Made by a program: the position numbers and the translations under genes
Notes under the pieces: generated by a model
Seen by the model: the letters and a program-made list of their open reading frames with translations, nothing else
Told to the model about the DNA's origin: nothing
Databases searched by the model: none
Part shown: piece by piece, positions 23,880 to 27,809 of the stretch
How positions within the stretch are numbered: position 1 is the first letter of the stretch
Layout: every line of letters starts with the position of its first letter
Source: Bacteroidia bacterium
GTDB lineage: Bacteria > Bacteroidota > Bacteroidia > NS11-12g > UBA955
Direction: 5' to 3'
Assembly: GCA_020848595.1 (NCBI GenBank)
Contig: JADLHV010000099.1
Location: 1-27,809, forward strand
Length of the DNA: 27,809 nt

Positions 23880-26800
23880 TTATCGCAATAAGGTTATAGT
23901 CCCTTTTGTAGAGTATTTCTTACCATCAAATCCAGTGTATCGACAGTAATACATATAAACATCTTGAGGCTGATCGACGCCTTTATATTTGCCGTCCCAT
24001 ACAAAACTTAAATCATCAGACTCAAATAATTTCTCACCCCAGCGGCTATAGATAACAAATTCAAAAGTCTTAAGTGCTCCACCTTTTACGCTATACCCAT
24101 CGTTTAACCTATCTTCGTTTGGAGAAAAAGCAGTCGGGATAAACAGAGTAGGTTCAAAATCAAAACAAATATCATTGCTCCAAGATACAGTATCTGTTCC
24201 AACTTTAGTGGCACTAATTCTATAACATTGGGTGTAGTATTCTAATCCATTATCATATGCAACATTAAAATCGGTTACATTAGATTCATACAGTTCAAAA
24301 CCACCAGAATTTTTAAGCATTCGATAAACATCATAACGAATATTAGCACTTCCCCACCCTAAATATGGAGTAAAATTCATGAATACACTGTAAGCATCCG
24401 TTTTATTACCACTTAAAAACACATTGGTATGTATGCTCGTATATAATGGCTTACCACACAAATCGAATCCCTTTACTCTATAATCCCAAGCGTTTAAATC
24501 ATTATTAGTATTAAAATGATTAAAGCGCACTATATTTCCGTCTACTGTGCCCGCCACCACAAAATTATCACTTGTACCAGCTTTTCTTCGTTCAATAATA
24601 AACTGATTATTATATCTAGGAGCATTTATTGCTTTCCAAAATATATCTACCCCATTATCATCTTGAGGAGGAGGATTTATAGTTATATAATTAAGATATA
24701 ATAGCGGATTATCATAAAAGACATCCAATCGAATTGTATCTCCTTTGCAGCCAAAGTCACTCGTTTCTAAAGTCTTTATTGAATTATATTGTTGACCTGT
24801 CCAGTTGACCACAATTGAATTGCTTGTACTTGGATTTACAGGAATTCCGCCATTTACAAACCACTCAAAAGTAGAAGTAACAAAACCCGAAACAGAATAA
24901 CTATAGTTCAATAAATTCGGCGAACAAATAACACTATCTCCAATTATAGGACTGGTGCGAGGTTTTGGATGCACTATTAAAGTAGCATTAACCGGATTCC
25001 CTTCACAACCATATTGACTTATTTCGACTACCCTAATTTGAAATGTTCCTTCTTGGCTATAATCAATCGTGATTGAACTAGTACCTTGACCATTGATGCC
25101 TGAAGTATCATTATTGATCGACCAAATATATTTTGAGCCAGACAATCCATTTAATGTATAAACACCAGCTGGTATATATTGGCAAACTTCTCTATTACCA
25201 ATAATATTATTAGCATTAGGAAAAGGACGAATATTAATATTTCTGAGAACAAGATTACTGACGCAAACTCTACTATTAACAGAATCATAACTCGTTTCAT
25301 ACATACTGACAGTTCCACTACCTGCTAAGCCCCAATCAATTGTGATACTATTAGAGCCTTGACCAGAAGTTATAACGCCACCTGTAACAGACCAAGCGTA
25401 AGTTGTATTTGGCGATTTGGGCACAGAATAAACCATATTTATGGTGTTTTCACACAAATCAGTATCCCCTTGAATTGTTTCAGCAATTAGATCATAAGTT
25501 TTATCTACAGGTAACTTTACAGAATCCCCTTTACAACCGAACTTATTAATTTCAATTACTTTAACATATCCTAAGCCTTCATTACCCCAATTGACTAAAA
25601 TTGAATTTCCACTATTACTACCAACTATTATGCCGCCAAAAACTTCCCAAAAGAAGGAACTTCCTGCATCACTTGCATTAGAATTGTATTGAATATTCTT
25701 AGCATTAGGACAAATCGTTTCTCTACCTATAATTGAAGAAGTTGTAGGTTTAGAAATCCATACGTTTATTAAAGCTGTATCGCTTGGACAACCATTGGCA
25801 TTGTATTGAACTACTTTAGCCCAAGCTGCACCTTGAGTATTCCAAACAATAGAGATACTCGAATTAGTACTTGACCCTAAAATACTGCCATTGCTGACCC
25901 ACCATTGATAAGTCATACCAGCAAGTACTTGTACAGAATAAGTTTTATTCGAATTTTCGCAAACTGTATCAATAGGTACCACTACTGGCACTGGAGGAGA
26001 TGGTTCGAGCGTTATATTTAGAACAAATGTATCTCCGGGACATCCAAATCTTGAATAAGGAGTTACAGTAATACTACCTGATGTTGCATTATTATCCCAA
26101 TCAACTACCATAGAGTTTAAAGTATTACTGACCAAAACTCCATTGTTAACTTTAATATCCACCGTATGTCCAACCAATTCAGCAGGTGTATTCGCTGTTG
26201 TATTGATGGTATAAACAGAACCTTTAGTACCTTGACAAATCTTTAGAGGACCAGTAACAGTTGATTTACCAGTAAATGGCGTTACAAGAATATTTATGTC
26301 AACATACGTAAACTTAGAAGGACAGCCATCATCGACAGCTTTAGCAGAAAAACTATAAGGCACAGAACTGGCTTGATTGCAATCAGTTTGCCAACAAAAC
26401 TGAGATGTTACAGTGCCTTTTGAAAATGCTGGAGAAAAAGTAGCACGGGTTCCTTTGAAGCCATTAGCCCCTGACAATAAATCACCTTGTCCGGTTAACG
26501 TAATATTATGATTATCTTTATCGTTACCAGTCACATCAAAACATAACTTATCGCCAGCCATAATGGTATAAGTTTTTTGAGATGTACTAATAGTTGGTTT
26601 ATTATTAGGCGTACAATTTAGCACTAAAATTTGCAAATCGAGACGAGTAGTACTAAGTAAAACCCCATCACGCCATTCTTCTAAATCGATAGCAACTGCA
26701 TAATTTCCAATCTTTTTAGCCATAAAAGTCGTAATTCCACTAGCAGAATTAATACTAGAATAACCATTTAATCCAAAAGGAAAAGTGCCACTATAACCAG

Positions 26801-27506
26801 GTTCATAATCACTTCCTTTAATAGCTTCAGGAGGTGTGTATGTACTTTGACAACCTGGAAAATTATTTGAAATACTAGCACCATACCATGGTGTAGCAAG
26901 TTTATAGACTAATTTATCGCCATCTGGATCAACCGCATAATTATTTAATTGTACGGTATCATTCACACAAATAAATGGAACAGGTACATCTAAAAAATAA
27001 GGCGAGCTGTTTACGACATTTGTAGGAGGAATAATAGTTTGATATGTTTGACCAATGAAAGGTTGTCCAGTTTGGTCGTTGCGTAAATTCACCTGGGTAT
27101 TCCTGCAGCAAATCTCCCACTTTACAAAATATCCAAATGAACTCTTTGGCAAAACAATAGTACTTTGAAAAATAGCCTTTTCGAGACAAACTTGAGTGGC
27201 TTCAGGACAATCTGTTCTTCCAACAGGATTAACTTTAACCATTGTAACATTTGGAAAATTAAAAGTACCCGCTAATTTATTATTATTTCGGTTGAATACA
27301 CAAACATCAATATCGTCTGGAAATTCAATTGAACCGGGCTTACAATCTCGGTAAGATGTTATTGTTATGGTGTATTGAACACCTTGAGAACTCTCGCCTT
27401 TATACTGGTAATTAATAAATCCCCCAACCAAGTGGGTTGCATCAGCATCTATTGATAGCAAACTTAAGACTAAAACTATTAATATTTGACGCAAATACCT
27501 ATTCAT
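23880..27506 (-). CDS. Large adhesin-like protein: N-terminal HLVGG...YRDC domain, six PKD-like repeats, Fn3-like domains, T9SS type B CTD
   Basis: Signal peptide; repeat consensus I.G...VC...Y.W.V.GG.I....I.V.W...GC; CTD LFIPTAFSPNED.LND...IYSRWGE...WDG...KGTITLLR. Confidence 0.87.
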   Translation of the reverse strand: MNRYLRQILIVLVLSLLSIDADATHLVGGFINYQYKGESSQGVQYTITITSYRDCKPGSIEFPDDIDVCVFNRNNNKLAGTFNFPNVTMVKVNPVGRTDCPEATQVCLEKAIFQSTIVLPKSSFGYFVKWEICCRNTQVNLRNDQTGQPFIGQTYQTIIPPTNVVNSSPYFLDVPVPFICVNDTVQLNNYAVDPDGDKLVYKLATPWYGASISNNFPGCQSTYTPPEAIKGSDYEPGYSGTFPFGLNGYSSINSASGITTFMAKKIGNYAVAIDLEEWRDGVLLSTTRLDLQILVLNCTPNNKPTISTSQKTYTIMAGDKLCFDVTGNDKDNHNITLTGQGDLLSGANGFKGTRATFSPAFSKGTVTSQFCWQTDCNQASSVPYSFSAKAVDDGCPSKFTYVDINILVTPFTGKSTVTGPLKICQGTKGSVYTINTTANTPAELVGHTVDIKVNNGVLVSNTLNSMVVDWDNNATSGSITVTPYSRFGCPGDTFVLNITLEPSPPVPVVVPIDTVCENSNKTYSVQVLAGMTYQWWVSNGSILGSSTNSSISIVWNTQGAAWAKVVQYNANGCPSDTALINVWISKPTTSSIIGRETICPNAKNIQYNSNASDAGSSFFWEVFGGIIVGSNSGNSILVNWGNEGLGYVKVIEINKFGCKGDSVKLPVDKTYDLIAETIQGDTDLCENTINMVYSVPKSPNTTYAWSVTGGVITSGQGSNSITIDWGLAGSGTVSMYETSYDSVNSRVCVSNLVLRNINIRPFPNANNIIGNREVCQYIPAGVYTLNGLSGSKYIWSINNDTSGINGQGTSSITIDYSQEGTFQIRVVEISQYGCEGNPVNATLIVHPKPRTSPIIGDSVICSPNLLNYSYSVSGFVTSTFEWFVNGGIPVNPSTSNSIVVNWTGQQYNSIKTLETSDFGCKGDTIRLDVFYDNPLLYLNYITINPPPQDDNGVDIFWKAINAPRYNNQFIIERRKAGTSDNFVVAGTVDGNIVRFNHFNTNNDLNAWDYRVKGFDLCGKPLYTSIHTNVFLSGNKTDAYSVFMNFTPYLGWGSANIRYDVYRMLKNSGGFELYESNVTDFNVAYDNGLEYYTQCYRISATKVGTDTVSWSNDICFDFEPTLFIPTAFSPNEDRLNDGYSVKGGALKTFEFVIYSRWGEKLFESDDLSFVWDGKYKGVDQPQDVYMYYCRYTGFDGKKYSTKGTITLLR

Positions 27507-27516
27507 TTATCAATTC

Positions 27517-27524
27517 CAAATATA
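27517..27524 (-). promoter_or_regulatory. -7 box TATATTTG
   Basis: Exact consensus 10 nt upstream of the ATG at 27506. Confidence 0.55.
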
Positions 27525-27809
27525 CTCAATTTTCTTGATTTATTAAAATCCGATACCTATTAGACGCAAAAAACACCGAAAAGGTTCATCCATTCAACGT
27601 TTTTTTTGCCATTTTCGTGCCATTTTTCATTTTTTAATGTTAAATTTTTAATTCACCATCCATTTATTCTTTAAAGTGAACTTAATTCATTCGTTTTTTT
27701 CAACTTTAATTTTAATTTGTTAAATCTAATTATCTTGTATTTCCGCAGTATACCAAATAATTTAAACTAAATTTTATTTTCAATTTAAATATTGATTTAT
27801 ACCTAAAAC

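Noticed and set aside
722-27189. Short ORF-track entries antisense to or nested in the called genes (e.g. 722-907, 952-1158, 2898-3092, 3120-3380, 3479-3694, 4140-4337, 6114-6353, 6410-6607, 9185-9373, 11336-11557, 11666-11890, 12032-12301, 14332-14662, 14948-15139, 15474-15665, 19423-19617, 20669-20932, 21537-21719, 22440-22703, 23529-23891, 24516-24701, 26959-27189)
   Set aside because: They overlap well-supported genes and show no recognisable motifs; expected shadow ORFs
1-27809. Transposase, intact integrase, rRNA or known defence system
   Set aside because: No ORF with DDE, tyrosine/serine recombinase catalytic, cas or restriction-modification motifs was recognised

Overview
AT-rich Bacteroidota chromosomal window (T9SS C-terminal sorting domains, TAnnTTTG -7 promoter boxes). 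Left end (minus strand): a four-gene overlapping operon DUF2130 - mnmH/selU - DUF4377/META protein - selD, i.e. the tRNA 2-selenouridine trait with two unexpected members. The selD stop codon coincides with the point where a plus-strand YkuK/RNase H-like gene, missed by the ORF track, loses its family resemblance. Upstream lie a class I methyltransferase, a PsbP-like protein and a kelch-type T9SS protein. A tRNA-Arg(CCG) at 7636-7707 is followed by an apparent integration/variable region. It holds two related GTTCGAC...TTTCGCCAATTGCCT + terminator elements flanking an AT-rich T9SS cargo gene, a short GC-rich palindrome, a candidate leader-peptide/terminator, and small accessory genes (MDR oxidoreductase, lipoprotein, cupin, two GNATs). 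The right half is mostly core genes (frr, tatA, gatA, TrmH-family methylase, ACMSD-like amidohydrolase, YkgJ, NlpC/P60, 4Fe-4S ferredoxin) plus two large PKD-repeat T9SS type B adhesin-like proteins. No CRISPR array, rRNA, transposase or intact integrase was seen. All family assignments come from motif recognition by eye, not database searches.
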